A DNA stretch of 64,000 nt from Bryobacteraceae bacterium (lineage in GTDB: Bacteria; Acidobacteriota; Terriglobia; Bryobacterales; Bryobacteraceae). Position 1 is the first letter of the stretch, and every line of letters starts with the position of its first letter. Of this stretch, positions 46,239-55,298 are shown piece by piece. A program made the position numbers and the translations under genes. Below the pieces are notes generated by a model. The model worked only from the letters and a program-made list of their open reading frames with translations, made no database searches and had not been told where the DNA came from. The DNA lies in assembly GCA_019748195.1 (NCBI GenBank), contig JAIEPW010000018.1, forward strand, positions 68,204-132,203. Direction: 5' to 3'.

Positions 46239-47140
46239 TCCTGATAGCGGGGCTTACGGCGCCAATTTTGGCCGCAATTTTCCCCGAAACGGCCGGTAAT
46301 TACCGCAAGACGCAATCGCGTCCGCTGGCCCCGGAGGACGCGGCTTTGTTTCGCGAACTCGGATTCCAGGAGGGCGAGTCCGCCCGGCTCCAAGGCCGTG
46401 GCGGAACCGTCGAGGTCCGGGCCTGGCGTTTTCAGGATTCCACCGGGGCCTACGCCGCCTCCCAGTTGCTGGGCGGCGGATTCGAACAGGAGGGCAACCA
46501 CCTGGTGCGATTCTCCCCCGACCCCGGCCGGAAAGCGCGCGAGGAGATCCTCGAAGCGGTAAAGCCGCGCCGCCAGGCGCTACCCGTGCTGCCCACCTAT
46601 GTTCCCCGCCAAAATCTGGTAAAGGGCAGTGAACGCTATATCTTAGGGCCTCTGGGACTGGCCCGGGTGGAACCCGGCATCCCGCCCGGCGAAGCCGGTT
46701 TCGATCTCGGCGGCGAGGCTCAGTTTGCCCGCTATGGCAGCGGTGGGAAGGGCTTCCATCTGCTGATTTTCAGCTATCCCACACCGGGCATCGCGCGGGA
46801 CCGGGCGGCGGCCTTTCAGAAGCTGCCGGGGGCGCTGGTGCGGCGTAGCGGAACGATGGTGGGCGTGGTTCCGGAGCCCGGCGATCCGGCGCTGGCCGCC
46901 CGCACCTTGGATCAGATCAATCAGGAAGTTACGGCCGTTTTCAACAGCGTTCCGCCGGCGCCGCCGCCAGTTCAGGACGCAATGCAACTGGTGCTCGCGG
47001 CGTTCGAGCTCGCGGGTGTTTTGCTCGCGGCCTGCCTGGCCGCGGGGCTGATTTTCGCCCTGGTTTTGTTTACCGTTCGCCGCCGTGGTTATGTCTCTGG
47101 AGGCGAGGCGATGACTTCGCTTCATCTCCGCGACAAGTAG
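46223..47140 (+). CDS. Hypothetical protein with N-terminal signal/anchor and C-terminal TM helix
   Basis: The internal ATG at 46223 gives [21 protein letters not shown]-terminal helix [28 protein letters not shown]. Overlaps the secA 3' end by 16 nt. Confidence 0.55.
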
Positions 47141-47319
47141 CGGAATCTGCCGCCAGATGCATCAGTAAGCCCTAAAGTTTGCCATCGGTTGGACTGGAAT
47201 CCAGAGGCTCGCGAGGGTGCCGGAAGGCGATTTTCCACAACGCGGTTTCAAAACGGGACAGCGGTAAACTGTTTTGACAGAACGTGTTAAGGGCGACTCC
47301 ACGGCCGCCAGATTTTCTC

Positions 47320-47348
47320 TTGACTTCATTTCGGGCAGACCCTAAGAT
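47320..47348 (+). promoter_or_regulatory. Sigma-70-like promoter
   Basis: TTGACT (47320-47325), 17-nt spacer, TAAGAT (47343-47348). Lies in a low-GC intergenic region 128 nt upstream of CDS 47476. Confidence 0.35.
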
Positions 47349-47430
47349 CCAATCACACACAGATTTTGGCGGTTGCGAAACCGTCGGATCTGATTCTCCC
47401 ATGAACATCACCCTGGTAGAACAGGGCGAC

Positions 47431-47458
47431 AAAATGCTCACCTTCGGGTGAGCATTTT
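47431..47458 (+). terminator. Perfect 12-bp hairpin with UUCG tetraloop; candidate attenuator or intrinsic terminator
   Basis: AAAATGCTCACC-TTCG-GGTGAGCATTTT, followed by ACTTTGG. Ends 18 nt before ATG 47476. Confidence 0.45.
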
Positions 47459-47475
47459 ACTTTGGAATCAGACTT

Positions 47476-48978
47476 ATGGCACAGATCGTAGCCGCGCCGA
47501 TGGCGCTTCGCGACGTGAGGAGCGCGGGAGTACCGGCAGTCCTGTTCGTCTTCGAGACTGACTGCCCCACCTGCCGCCTGGCGAGCCCCTATGTGAGCCG
47601 CCTTGCTGAGGCTGCGGGGCCGCTGGCCAGGGTGATTGGGCTCTCCCAGGACCCCCAAGACCCCACGGCCGGCTTCGCCCGCCAGACGGGCGCAAAATTC
47701 GATGTTTGGATGGACGAGGGGTTCGCCTTCTCCCGCGAATTGGACCCCGGCTTCGTTCCCGCCTGGTACGTTTTCGACGCCAAGGGCCAGTTGATCCGGC
47801 ACTGGGTGGGCTTTGACAAGGCGGAGCTGAACACGGCCGCCGCCGGACTCGGCCTGCCGGCCCTGGCCTCCGATTCGGATGGGAATCCGCCCTCAAAACC
47901 GGGCTGTACGTCGCGCCATCGCGAAGGACCGGACGCGGGCGTAGGGGTGGCGAGCCCGGAGCCAGCCGGGGGCCGCGCCTCGCAAATTCAACTGGCGCAA
48001 GGGGTTGACCCGTGGGAGTACTGCCGCGGCTGGGATCCGCTGCCAGTGGTCCCGCCGACGCGCGAGCGGGTGGAGCGAATGATGGGGGACCGCGACCCCG
48101 CGGAACTTATCGCCCTGGTACCGCCCAACTTCGGCCCCGCCACCGTGGAAAAGATCGCCGCGAACGCGGTGATGGCGGGGTGTGATCCGGAGATGATGCG
48201 GGTGCTGATTCCGCTGATCCGGGCGGTGTGCGATGAGCGCTTCAATCTGCACGGCGTCCAGGCGACGACGCATTTCGCCTGCCCGCTGGTGATTGTGAAC
48301 GGCCCCATCCGGACAGAACTGGGGTTCGCCAGCGGATCGAATGTGTTTTCGAACGTGGCGCGGGCGAATTCCACCCTGGGGCGCGCCCTGCAACTGATTT
48401 TGACCCTGATCGGCGGGGCGAAAGCGGGCGAAATCGATATGTCGGCGCTGGGAAATCCGGGCAAATTCTCGTATGTGATCGCGGAAAACGAGGAGCGGAG
48501 CCCGTGGCCGCCCCTGGCCGAGGGCAATGCGCTGACTTTGTTCGCGGGCGCGCCTCCGGCGGGGTTCAGCGAGCATCGCGCACGTGACGCCCAGACGCTG
48601 TTGAGGGCGTTCTCCAAGGTTCTGGCCACCACCTGGAGCCCGCGCCTGTGCGGCATGGTGGAGGCGTTTGTGATCGTCTGTCCGGAACACGCGGCGACGC
48701 TGGCGCGCGACGGTTTCTCCAAGGATGCGGTCCGGCAGCACCTCTTCGAGAACACCGGCGTGCCGGTGCGCGAGTATGACGACGACGGCGAAGGCACCCA
48801 GTTTCAGCAGCTCTACACCAGGGTGACGATCCGCGGGGAAGAGTGCTACCGCAAGTTCGCCTCGCCGGACCAGATGCGGATCGTGGTCTCGGGCGGAACG
48901 GCGGGCAAGTTTTCGGCGGTGATTTCCGGCTGGCAATCGGGGCCGCGCGGCAGCCAGAGCGTGACGTACCGGATCTAG
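47476..48978 (+). CDS. Thioredoxin-fold (TlpA/redoxin-like, CPTC) domain fused to an uncharacterised conserved-looking domain of about 330 aa
   Basis: FVFETDCPTCRL (CxxC at nt 47563-47574) and FVPAWYVFDAKGQLI redoxin-like core. No signal peptide. A Pro/Gly/Ser linker, then WDPLPVVPPTRERVERMM...AANAVMAGC...LHGVQATTHFACPLVIVNGP. Confidence 0.7.
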   Translation: MAQIVAAPMALRDVRSAGVPAVLFVFETDCPTCRLASPYVSRLAEAAGPLARVIGLSQDPQDPTAGFARQTGAKFDVWMDEGFAFSRELDPGFVPAWYVFDAKGQLIRHWVGFDKAELNTAAAGLGLPALASDSDGNPPSKPGCTSRHREGPDAGVGVASPEPAGGRASQIQLAQGVDPWEYCRGWDPLPVVPPTRERVERMMGDRDPAELIALVPPNFGPATVEKIAANAVMAGCDPEMMRVLIPLIRAVCDERFNLHGVQATTHFACPLVIVNGPIRTELGFASGSNVFSNVARANSTLGRALQLILTLIGGAKAGEIDMSALGNPGKFSYVIAENEERSPWPPLAEGNALTLFAGAPPAGFSEHRARDAQTLLRAFSKVLATTWSPRLCGMVEAFVIVCPEHAATLARDGFSKDAVRQHLFENTGVPVREYDDDGEGTQFQQLYTRVTIRGEECYRKFASPDQMRIVVSGGTAGKFSAVISGWQSGPRGSQSVTYRI

Positions 48979-50252
48979 GCGCCCGCCGATCGCGATGCCG
49001 CCTGCGCGGAAGCAGAGCGGTTCGGCTTGCGAATCCAGCTTCCGCGAGGCGTCAATACCGTGACGCCCGACTCGGTAATCACGCACCCCTGCTCGCGGTC
49101 GGCGACAGGATCATAGCCGAGCGTGGTTCCCGGGGGGATCTCCACGCCGGCGGGAACGATGGTCCGCCGAAGGCGGCAGCGCCGGCCGATCTCGCACCCG
49201 GTGAGAAGAATGGAATCCTCCACCTCCGAATAGCTGTGGACGCGCACCGCGGGCGAGAGCACGCTGCGCTGCACGCGCCCGCCGGAGATAATGCAGCCCG
49301 GCGAGACGATGGAATCGAGCGCGATGCCCATGCGGGTATCGGCGCCCGCGAAAACGAACTTGGCGGGCGGCTGCTGCGGCATCAGCGTGCGCACGGGCCA
49401 ATGGGTGTCGTAGAGGTTGAACTCCGGCGTGACGCTCACCAGGTCCATGTTGGCCTCGAAGTAAGCGTCCAGGGTTCCGACGTCCCGCCAGTAGCGGGAG
49501 CGCTTGTCGTTGAGGTCGAAGAAGTCATACGCGGCGACGCGGCAACGGGCCAGGCACCTGGGCAGGATGTCCTTACCGAAATCGTGGGAGGACTCGAGAT
49601 CGGCGGCATCCTCGATGAGGGCGCGCACCAGCGTTTCGGTGCGAAACACGTAAACGCCCATCGAAGCGCTGATCATTTCGGGATCGAAGACGCTGCGCAC
49701 GGGGTTGCCGTGGCGGGGCTTCTCCTCGAATCCGCGGACGCGGTAGTCGGGCGAGATGTCGCACACGCCGAACTGCTCCGCCTGCTCCGGGGGCATTTGA
49801 ATGGTGGAGATGGTGACGTCGGCGCCCTGCTGCTCATGCCAGTCGAGCATGGCGCGGTAATCCATCTTGTAGATGTGGTCGCCCGAGACGATGAGCGTCA
49901 GCGGGCAATCCTCGGCGGCGATGCTTTCCAGGTTCTGATAGACGGCGTCCGCGGTTCCCAGGTACCAGTTGTCGTGGACCCGTTTCATGGGCGGGATCAC
50001 TTCGATGAACTCGCCGAGCTCGGTGCCGACAATCGACCAGCCCTCGCGAACGTGGCGGTTGAGCTCCATCGCCTTGTACTGGGTCAGGATGAAGATCCGG
50101 CGCAGGCCGGAGTTGATGCAATTGGAAAGAGTGAAATCGATGATGCGGTACATGCCGCCGAATGGCACGGCCGGCTTGGCGGTGTGAGTGGTTAACGGGT
50201 GAAGGCGTTCCCCCGCGCCGCCCGCGAGAAGGATGGTCAGGACACGCTGCAA
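48975..50252 (-). CDS. glgC: Glucose-1-phosphate adenylyltransferase
   Basis: LAGGAGERLHPLTTHTAKPAVPFGGMYRIIDFTLSNCINSG N-terminus and C-terminal left-handed beta-helix region. Confidence 0.9.
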   Translation of the reverse strand: MQRVLTILLAGGAGERLHPLTTHTAKPAVPFGGMYRIIDFTLSNCINSGLRRIFILTQYKAMELNRHVREGWSIVGTELGEFIEVIPPMKRVHDNWYLGTADAVYQNLESIAAEDCPLTLIVSGDHIYKMDYRAMLDWHEQQGADVTISTIQMPPEQAEQFGVCDISPDYRVRGFEEKPRHGNPVRSVFDPEMISASMGVYVFRTETLVRALIEDAADLESSHDFGKDILPRCLARCRVAAYDFFDLNDKRSRYWRDVGTLDAYFEANMDLVSVTPEFNLYDTHWPVRTLMPQQPPAKFVFAGADTRMGIALDSIVSPGCIISGGRVQRSVLSPAVRVHSYSEVEDSILLTGCEIGRRCRLRRTIVPAGVEIPPGTTLGYDPVADREQGCVITESGVTVLTPRGSWIRKPNRSASAQAASRSAGA

Positions 50253-50323
50253 TCCGCCCCTCCATTTCGGAACTTTGCTACCATGATGATAGCGCCAACA
50301 GGTTACGAGGAGGTGAGTTCGTT

Positions 50324-50521
50324 TTGGCGGAAGTGAATATTCAAGACGGTGAGTCGCTCGAAAGCGCCTTGCGGCGGTTTAAGCGCAAGGTACAGCAGGA
50401 AGACATCATCAAGGAAATCAAGCGGCACTCCTTCTACCTGAAGCCCGGCGAAAAGCGCCGGACGAAGGAAGCGCTGGCCCGCAAGCGGAATCGCAAGAAG
50501 CGCAGAAGCGACTCCGAGTAG
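50324..50521 (+). CDS. rpsU: 30S ribosomal protein S21
   Basis: TTG start 8 nt after GAGGAGGTG. AEVNIQDGESLESALRRFKRKVQQEDIIKEIKRHSFYLKPGEKRR. Confidence 0.85.
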   Translation: MAEVNIQDGESLESALRRFKRKVQQEDIIKEIKRHSFYLKPGEKRRTKEALARKRNRKKRRSDSE

Positions 50522-50547
50522 CCGACGAACCACCTCTGAACACGAAA

Positions 50548-50575
50548 GGCAGGCTCCCCGGAGCCTGCCTTTTTT
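50548..50575 (+). terminator. Rho-independent terminator after rpsU
   Basis: GGCAGGCTC-CCCG-GAGCCTGCC (9-10 bp GC-rich stem) followed by TTTTTT. Confidence 0.65.
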
Positions 50576-50585
50576 CGCAAGTAGC

Positions 50586-51623
50586 CTACTTTTTCAACAT
50601 TTTGCGGAACTCGGACTCGACTTCCTTGAAGCCGCCCGGGACCTCGAACTTCGAGGCATCGACGGGCGCGGCGGAAAAATTGGAGGTCTCCGTGGTCATT
50701 TCCATGAGCACGCCGGGCTTGGCCTGCGGCTCGGGCGGGGTTTGCGTTTGCGCCTGCGGTTCCTGGTCCTTCTTTTTGCGCGACAACATTCCGCCGAGGC
50801 CGCGGCCGAGCGATCCGCCGAGCGCGCCGCCGACCGCCTCCCCGGCGGTGGGACGGGGCGTCTGCTGCGCGCCCGCGCCGGACGCATCCCCGGCGAGGCG
50901 CGTGGTCACCACCTGAAGAACGGGGATGCCCTCCAGCTTCTTCGATTCCTCCATCAGCTTCTGCCAGCTTTTTTGCGAATCCGGGCTCATGGCGGCGAAG
51001 GGGTTCATCTGCCCGATGCCCGCGCCCCCGAAAACGCCGGCGTACTTCTTGGCGGCCTCGGCCTGGAAGCGGGCGAACTCCGCGTAACCTGGAACATCCC
51101 TGGCCATCCACATCCGCATTTCCATGATCATGCTGGCGGAGGCGTCGCGGTTCTGATCGCCTGTACCGGCAGCGGAAAGATCCATGGTCAGCAGGACCTC
51201 CCGTGCATGGACGCCGCTGATGTCGCGAGTAGCTCCCGTCTCGCTGACGGATACTTTCACGTCCATCTTGGCATCAGATTCCCGAACGCGATTCTGCGCC
51301 TCCCGGGACATCTTCTCCATCGCCTGGCGCATCTCCTCGAAGGTGGAAACCGAATAGGTTTTGCGGCCGAAGTCGACATTGGTGATGGTGCCCTTGCCCA
51401 GGTCCACAATCGTCGCGTTTTCCCGGGAAATGGCCGCCATGCGGTCGCCTTTCAGGTGGACAGTGCTGACCATCGGCTCGCGCAAGGATCGCGAGAACAT
51501 GCCCGCCACCTTCATCATGCCGCTGCCGGCGATTTTGGTGGTTTGCGTATGGCTGAAGTCGGCCAGCAGCGTGCCCGCGGCGGCAACCGCGAGCGCCGCG
51601 GCTCTCACAAAGCTGAAGTTCAT
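50586..51623 (-). CDS. Secreted hypothetical protein (LolA/DUF4412-like guess) with Gly/Gln/Pro-rich linker
   Basis: The internal ATG gives signal MNFSFVRAAALAVAAAGTLLA. The longer 411-aa ORF adds a Pro/Arg/Ser-rich extension judged spurious. Confidence 0.6.
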   Translation of the reverse strand: MNFSFVRAAALAVAAAGTLLADFSHTQTTKIAGSGMMKVAGMFSRSLREPMVSTVHLKGDRMAAISRENATIVDLGKGTITNVDFGRKTYSVSTFEEMRQAMEKMSREAQNRVRESDAKMDVKVSVSETGATRDISGVHAREVLLTMDLSAAGTGDQNRDASASMIMEMRMWMARDVPGYAEFARFQAEAAKKYAGVFGGAGIGQMNPFAAMSPDSQKSWQKLMEESKKLEGIPVLQVVTTRLAGDASGAGAQQTPRPTAGEAVGGALGGSLGRGLGGMLSRKKKDQEPQAQTQTPPEPQAKPGVLMEMTTETSNFSAAPVDASKFEVPGGFKEVESEFRKMLKK

Positions 51624-51697
51624 GGATGTACTCCTATCCGGCTCCATCTTACGACACGGCGGCGATGTGGCAAATTGGGAATTCCCCGGAACGAGCC

Positions 51698-51925
51698 ATG
51701 CTGATACGGGTGAAGGTGATCCCGCGGAGTTCGCGCACCGCGCTCGCCGGCGAGACGGCGGATGGGACGCTGCGCGTGAGGGTGGCGGCCGTGCGGGAGA
51801 AGGGCAGGGCGAACGAGGCATTATGCGAGTTTCTGGCGGATCATTTCGGCGTGCCGAAGTCGCGGGTGGAGGTGGTCAGCGGGGCGGGGTCAGCGTTGAA
51901 GACGGTCCGGATCGGCGGGAAATAA
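51698..51925 (+). CDS. DUF167 (YggU-family) protein
   Basis: MLIRVKVIPRSSRTALAG...LRVRVAAVREKGRANEAL..FLA..FGV.KS.VEVVSG..S..K.V.I matches the YggU pattern. The upstream in-frame extension has poor GC3. Confidence 0.7.
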   Translation: MLIRVKVIPRSSRTALAGETADGTLRVRVAAVREKGRANEALCEFLADHFGVPKSRVEVVSGAGSALKTVRIGGK

Positions 51926-51931
51926 GGCACT

Positions 51932-52135
51932 TCAATGAGTGGCGGACATGCGCGAAACCCACCGCAGGTAGCGCCGGAACTCCGCGCGGTTGGCCCAGGC
52001 GGCCTCCAAGAACTGGCGGGGCGTGATTTCTTCGGCGTGCAGCCCGGTGTATGTTTCCATGCGCCACCGGAGGTAAGGGCTGGCCCAAGGGCGCAGGCGG
52101 TAGCCGCGCGTCGCCCGCCACAGAAAGCGAATCAT
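51932..52135 (-). CDS. 67-aa Trp/Arg-rich small protein, unknown function
   Basis: ATG overlaps the stop of the upstream vWA gene (ATGA at 52132-52135 on the minus strand). Sequence is MIRFLWRATRGYRLRPWASPYLRWRMETYTGLHAEEITPRQFLEAAWANRAEFRRYLRWVSRMSATH. Confidence 0.55.
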   Translation of the reverse strand: MIRFLWRATRGYRLRPWASPYLRWRMETYTGLHAEEITPRQFLEAAWANRAEFRRYLRWVSRMSATH

Positions 52136-53061
52136 TTCTGGGATTGAGCCGTGTTCTGCGCGCCCTTTTCAGTAGCGTAGTAGCCGCTGCGCGTGCGCAC
52201 GACGGGGTTGCCGGGTCCGTTCGCGGTCACCTTGATGGTCCGGAAGGTGCCGTCCAGGGCCTGAATGGCCGGGGTGTAGGCGATAACGTACTGGTTGCGG
52301 ATTTCCTGCGCGACCAGGAGCGCGGTGGCTCCGACGTCCTCCACGGCCTTGGGATAGTGGGCAAGGCCGCCGGTCGCGGTGGTGATCGCATTCAGGGCGC
52401 GCTGCGCTTTCTTAGCCTCGCGCGGTTCTTCCTCGCTCAGAATCCCAATGGCGAATACCAGCACTTCACTGTCGTGGGCGCGCTGCACCAGTTTCTCGAG
52501 GGTTTCCGTGCTGGTGTTGTCGTTGCCGTCGGTGATGACGAGGAGAACTTTCTTGTCGCGCTTCGCCTTCTTCTTCAGGTAGTCGATGGACATGCTCAGG
52601 GCGTCGCGCATGGCGGTGCCGCCGCGGGAGTCGATGCGGGAAAGCCCCTCCTCCAGCACCTTGAGATCGCTGGTCATGGGTACGTCCAGATAGGCGTCGT
52701 CGTTGTAATTGACGATGAAGACCTCATCCTGCGGGTTGGAAGCCTTAATGGCGGCGAGGGCGGCGGCGTTTACCTTGGAGCGCTTGTCGCGCATGGAACC
52801 GCTCGAATCGATGATGAGTCCGAGGGAGACCGGGACATCCTCGCGCCGGAACAGCTTGATGGACTGTTCGACGTTATTCTCGAAGACCTTGAACGCGTTC
52901 TGCGGGAGGTCCGTGATCAACTGTCCCTTCCGGTTGGCGACGGTGGCGTGCAGCACCACCAGGCGCGTGTCGGTGCGGAATACCGGATCCTGTTCCTGCG
53001 CGGCGGCCACGGCGGTTCCCGCCAGTAGAGCCAGCACGACCGATTTATTGAGAAGGCGCAT
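52132..53061 (-). CDS. Secreted vWA-domain protein, acidobacterial VWFA-related type (TIGR03436-like), paralogue 2
   Basis: Signal MRLLNKSVVLALLAGTAVAAAQ. FRTDTRLVVLHATV beta-sandwich start, IIDSSGSM MIDAS, LVITDGNDN, C-terminal RSGYYA. Confidence 0.8.
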   Translation of the reverse strand: MRLLNKSVVLALLAGTAVAAAQEQDPVFRTDTRLVVLHATVANRKGQLITDLPQNAFKVFENNVEQSIKLFRREDVPVSLGLIIDSSGSMRDKRSKVNAAALAAIKASNPQDEVFIVNYNDDAYLDVPMTSDLKVLEEGLSRIDSRGGTAMRDALSMSIDYLKKKAKRDKKVLLVITDGNDNTSTETLEKLVQRAHDSEVLVFAIGILSEEEPREAKKAQRALNAITTATGGLAHYPKAVEDVGATALLVAQEIRNQYVIAYTPAIQALDGTFRTIKVTANGPGNPVVRTRSGYYATEKGAQNTAQSQK

Positions 53062-54070
53062 AATACCCCGTCCTGAAGAACGCTTTCAGCGGCGGCAGTC
53101 CTCGCGGCTGCACCAGTTTCACCTGCACTCGCCGGTACTTGCCGTCCCGGCTCTGATTCTTGGGCGAGAAGCCCAGAACATACTGGTTCCGCAACTCGAT
53201 CCCGATCTTGGCGGCGACGTCGGGCAGATCGCTAAGGTTCTCGATGCCGAAGTGACGGCCTCCCGTCTGCTCGGCGAGCTCGCTTAACAATCCGGGACCC
53301 GCCATTTCCTCCGCCGAGCGGCCGCGCGCGCCGATCGGCTCAAAGATGCCGATCGCATAAATCTGGACGTCCGCCTCGCGCACAGCGTTTCGTACCTCAC
53401 TCTCGGTGTAGCGGCTGGAATTGTCACCGCCGTCGGAGATGATCAGGATCGCCTTGCGGGGGTTTCGGGCCTTCTTCATCTGGTTCATGGCCATGTACAC
53501 TCCATCCAGCAGGGCGGTGCGGCCCTTGGCCTGGGTGAAGGTCAGCTTGTTCTGGATCTCCTCGGTGAGGGTGGTGAAGCCGCTGATCAGCTCCGGCCGG
53601 TCGTTGAACTGGATGAGGAAGAACTCGTCCTCGGGGTTGGCGGTCTTGAAGAATTGGGCCACGGCCTGGCGCGATTTCTGGAGCTTCGCGCCCATGCTGC
53701 CGCTGGCGTCGAAAACGAGTCCCACGGACAAGGGAGCGTCTTCGCTGGAAAACTGCGAGATATCCTGCTCCACCTTGTCTTCGAAGATCTTGAAATTCTC
53801 GCGTTCCAGGCCCGTCACCAGGCGGTTCATCGGGTCGGTGACGGAGACGGGAATCAGCACCAACTGGGTGTCGATCCGGATGTTTCCGCGGCGCTCGGCG
53901 TCCGGATCGGGAGGCGCGTTTTTCTTGCGCACTTCCAGGTTCGGGCGGGCGGGCGCTTCGGCCTGCTTCTCCTGCTTGGCGGGGGCAGGGTCCTGGGCGT
54001 CGCCGAGGAGCGCAATTCCAGGGAGCAGAAAGAGGAAAGCGAAACCGGCGGTGGACTTCCTGACCTGCAT
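53045..54070 (-). CDS. Secreted vWA-domain protein, acidobacterial VWFA-related type (TIGR03436-like), paralogue 1
   Basis: The internal ATG gives signal MQVRKSTAGFAFLFLLPGIALLG. IRIDTQLVLIPVSV, VFDASGSM MIDAS, ILIISDGGDN, C-terminal RTGYYA. Clearly alignable by eye with 52132-53061. Confidence 0.8.
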   Translation of the reverse strand: MQVRKSTAGFAFLFLLPGIALLGDAQDPAPAKQEKQAEAPARPNLEVRKKNAPPDPDAERRGNIRIDTQLVLIPVSVTDPMNRLVTGLERENFKIFEDKVEQDISQFSSEDAPLSVGLVFDASGSMGAKLQKSRQAVAQFFKTANPEDEFFLIQFNDRPELISGFTTLTEEIQNKLTFTQAKGRTALLDGVYMAMNQMKKARNPRKAILIISDGGDNSSRYTESEVRNAVREADVQIYAIGIFEPIGARGRSAEEMAGPGLLSELAEQTGGRHFGIENLSDLPDVAAKIGIELRNQYVLGFSPKNQSRDGKYRRVQVKLVQPRGLPPLKAFFRTGYYAPSQ

Positions 54071-54170
54071 GATGGCGTCAATCGCGGCCCGCGGGCCGAT
54101 TACCAGGACATGACGCGGCGCGTCTTCCTTCAGTATACAAGTAAAGACGCGCAAACCGGCCGCAAGTCAC

Positions 54171-55298
54171 CTATACGAAGTAGTCCTTCACTTTGTCCAA
54201 CAGGCTTTTTTCCTGCGGACCGCCGGGCGAGGGCAGGGTTTGCAGAAGCTGTTCGAACATCTTCTTCTGCTCCCGGTTGAGCTTCTTGGGCACCACCACT
54301 TCGAAGTGCACGTACAGATCTCCGCGGCCATTGCCGTTGACGAAGGGCACACCGAGTCCCTTCAGGCGGAGCTTGTCGCCATGCTGGGTGGATTCCGGGA
54401 CTGAGATGCTGGTGAGCCCCTCGAGGGTAGGCACGTCCATTTCGACTCCCAGCGCCGCCTGAGCGACGTTGATGGGAATGGTCATATGCAGGTCATTGTC
54501 GCTGCGGTCGAAGATGGGGTGCTCGCCGACTTTCAGCACCACATACAGGTCGCCGGGCCCGCCGCCGTTGGCGCCGGGCTGGCCCTCATTCTGCAGTCGC
54601 AGGCGGGTGCCGTTGTCGACGCCGGCGGGAATGTTCACCTTCAGCTTGCGCTCGCTGCGAACGTAACCTTCGCCCTTGCATTCGCGGCAGGGGCGGCGAA
54701 TGATCTGTCCGCGGCCGCCGCACTGGCTGCAGGTGCGGCGGACACTGAGGAAACTCTGCTGGTAAACGACTTCGCCCCGGCCGCGGCACATGGGGCAGGT
54801 GGTCAGGCCGTCCTCGGGCTCCGCGCCGGTGGCCTTGCAGCGCCCGCATTCGTCGATACGGGGAATCTGGATATCGGCGGTAAGCCCGTGAATGGCGTCC
54901 TCGAAGCTGATCTCCAGGTCGTAGCGGACGTCGTCGCCCCGCTGGGCGCGGTTCCGTCTTGCGCCCCTTCCACCGCCGCCGAAAAGGTCCCCGAAGAAGA
55001 AGTCGCCGATGATGTCGGAGAAGTCCTGGAATTGCGAAGGATCGAAGCCGCCCATCCCGGACGCGGCGCCCACACCCTGGTGGCCGTAGCGGTCGTACGC
55101 GGCGCGTTTCTGGGGATCACTCAGGACGCTATAGGCTTCCGCCGCTTCCTTAAACTTTTCCTCGGCTTCCGTGTTGCCGGGATTGCGATCGGGGTGATAC
55201 TGCAGCGCGAGCTTCCGGTAAGCGGCCTTCAGAGCAGCATCGTCGGCGTCCCGGGGCACCGCCAAGATCTCGTAGTAGTCGCGTTTGGACACAGTCAT
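54171..55298 (-). CDS. dnaJ: Molecular chaperone DnaJ
   Basis: J-domain [12 protein letters not shown]...[10 protein letters not shown]-rich region, four CxxCxGxG zinc-finger repeats. Confidence 0.95.
   Translation of the reverse strand: MTVSKRDYYEILAVPRDADDAALKAAYRKLALQYHPDRNPGNTEAEEKFKEAAEAYSVLSDPQKRAAYDRYGHQGVGAASGMGGFDPSQFQDFSDIIGDFFFGDLFGGGGRGARRNRAQRGDDVRYDLEISFEDAIHGLTADIQIPRIDECGRCKATGAEPEDGLTTCPMCRGRGEVVYQQSFLSVRRTCSQCGGRGQIIRRPCRECKGEGYVRSERKLKVNIPAGVDNGTRLRLQNEGQPGANGGGPGDLYVVLKVGEHPIFDRSDNDLHMTIPINVAQAALGVEMDVPTLEGLTSISVPESTQHGDKLRLKGLGVPFVNGNGRGDLYVHFEVVVPKKLNREQKKMFEQLLQTLPSPGGPQEKSLLDKVKDYFV

Noticed and set aside
51626-51697. Longer 99-aa form of the DUF167 protein starting at ATG 51626.
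   Set aside because: It would leave only 2 nt between divergent start codons. The extra 24 codons have poor third-position G/C. The DUF167 fold already begins at MLIRVKV (51698).
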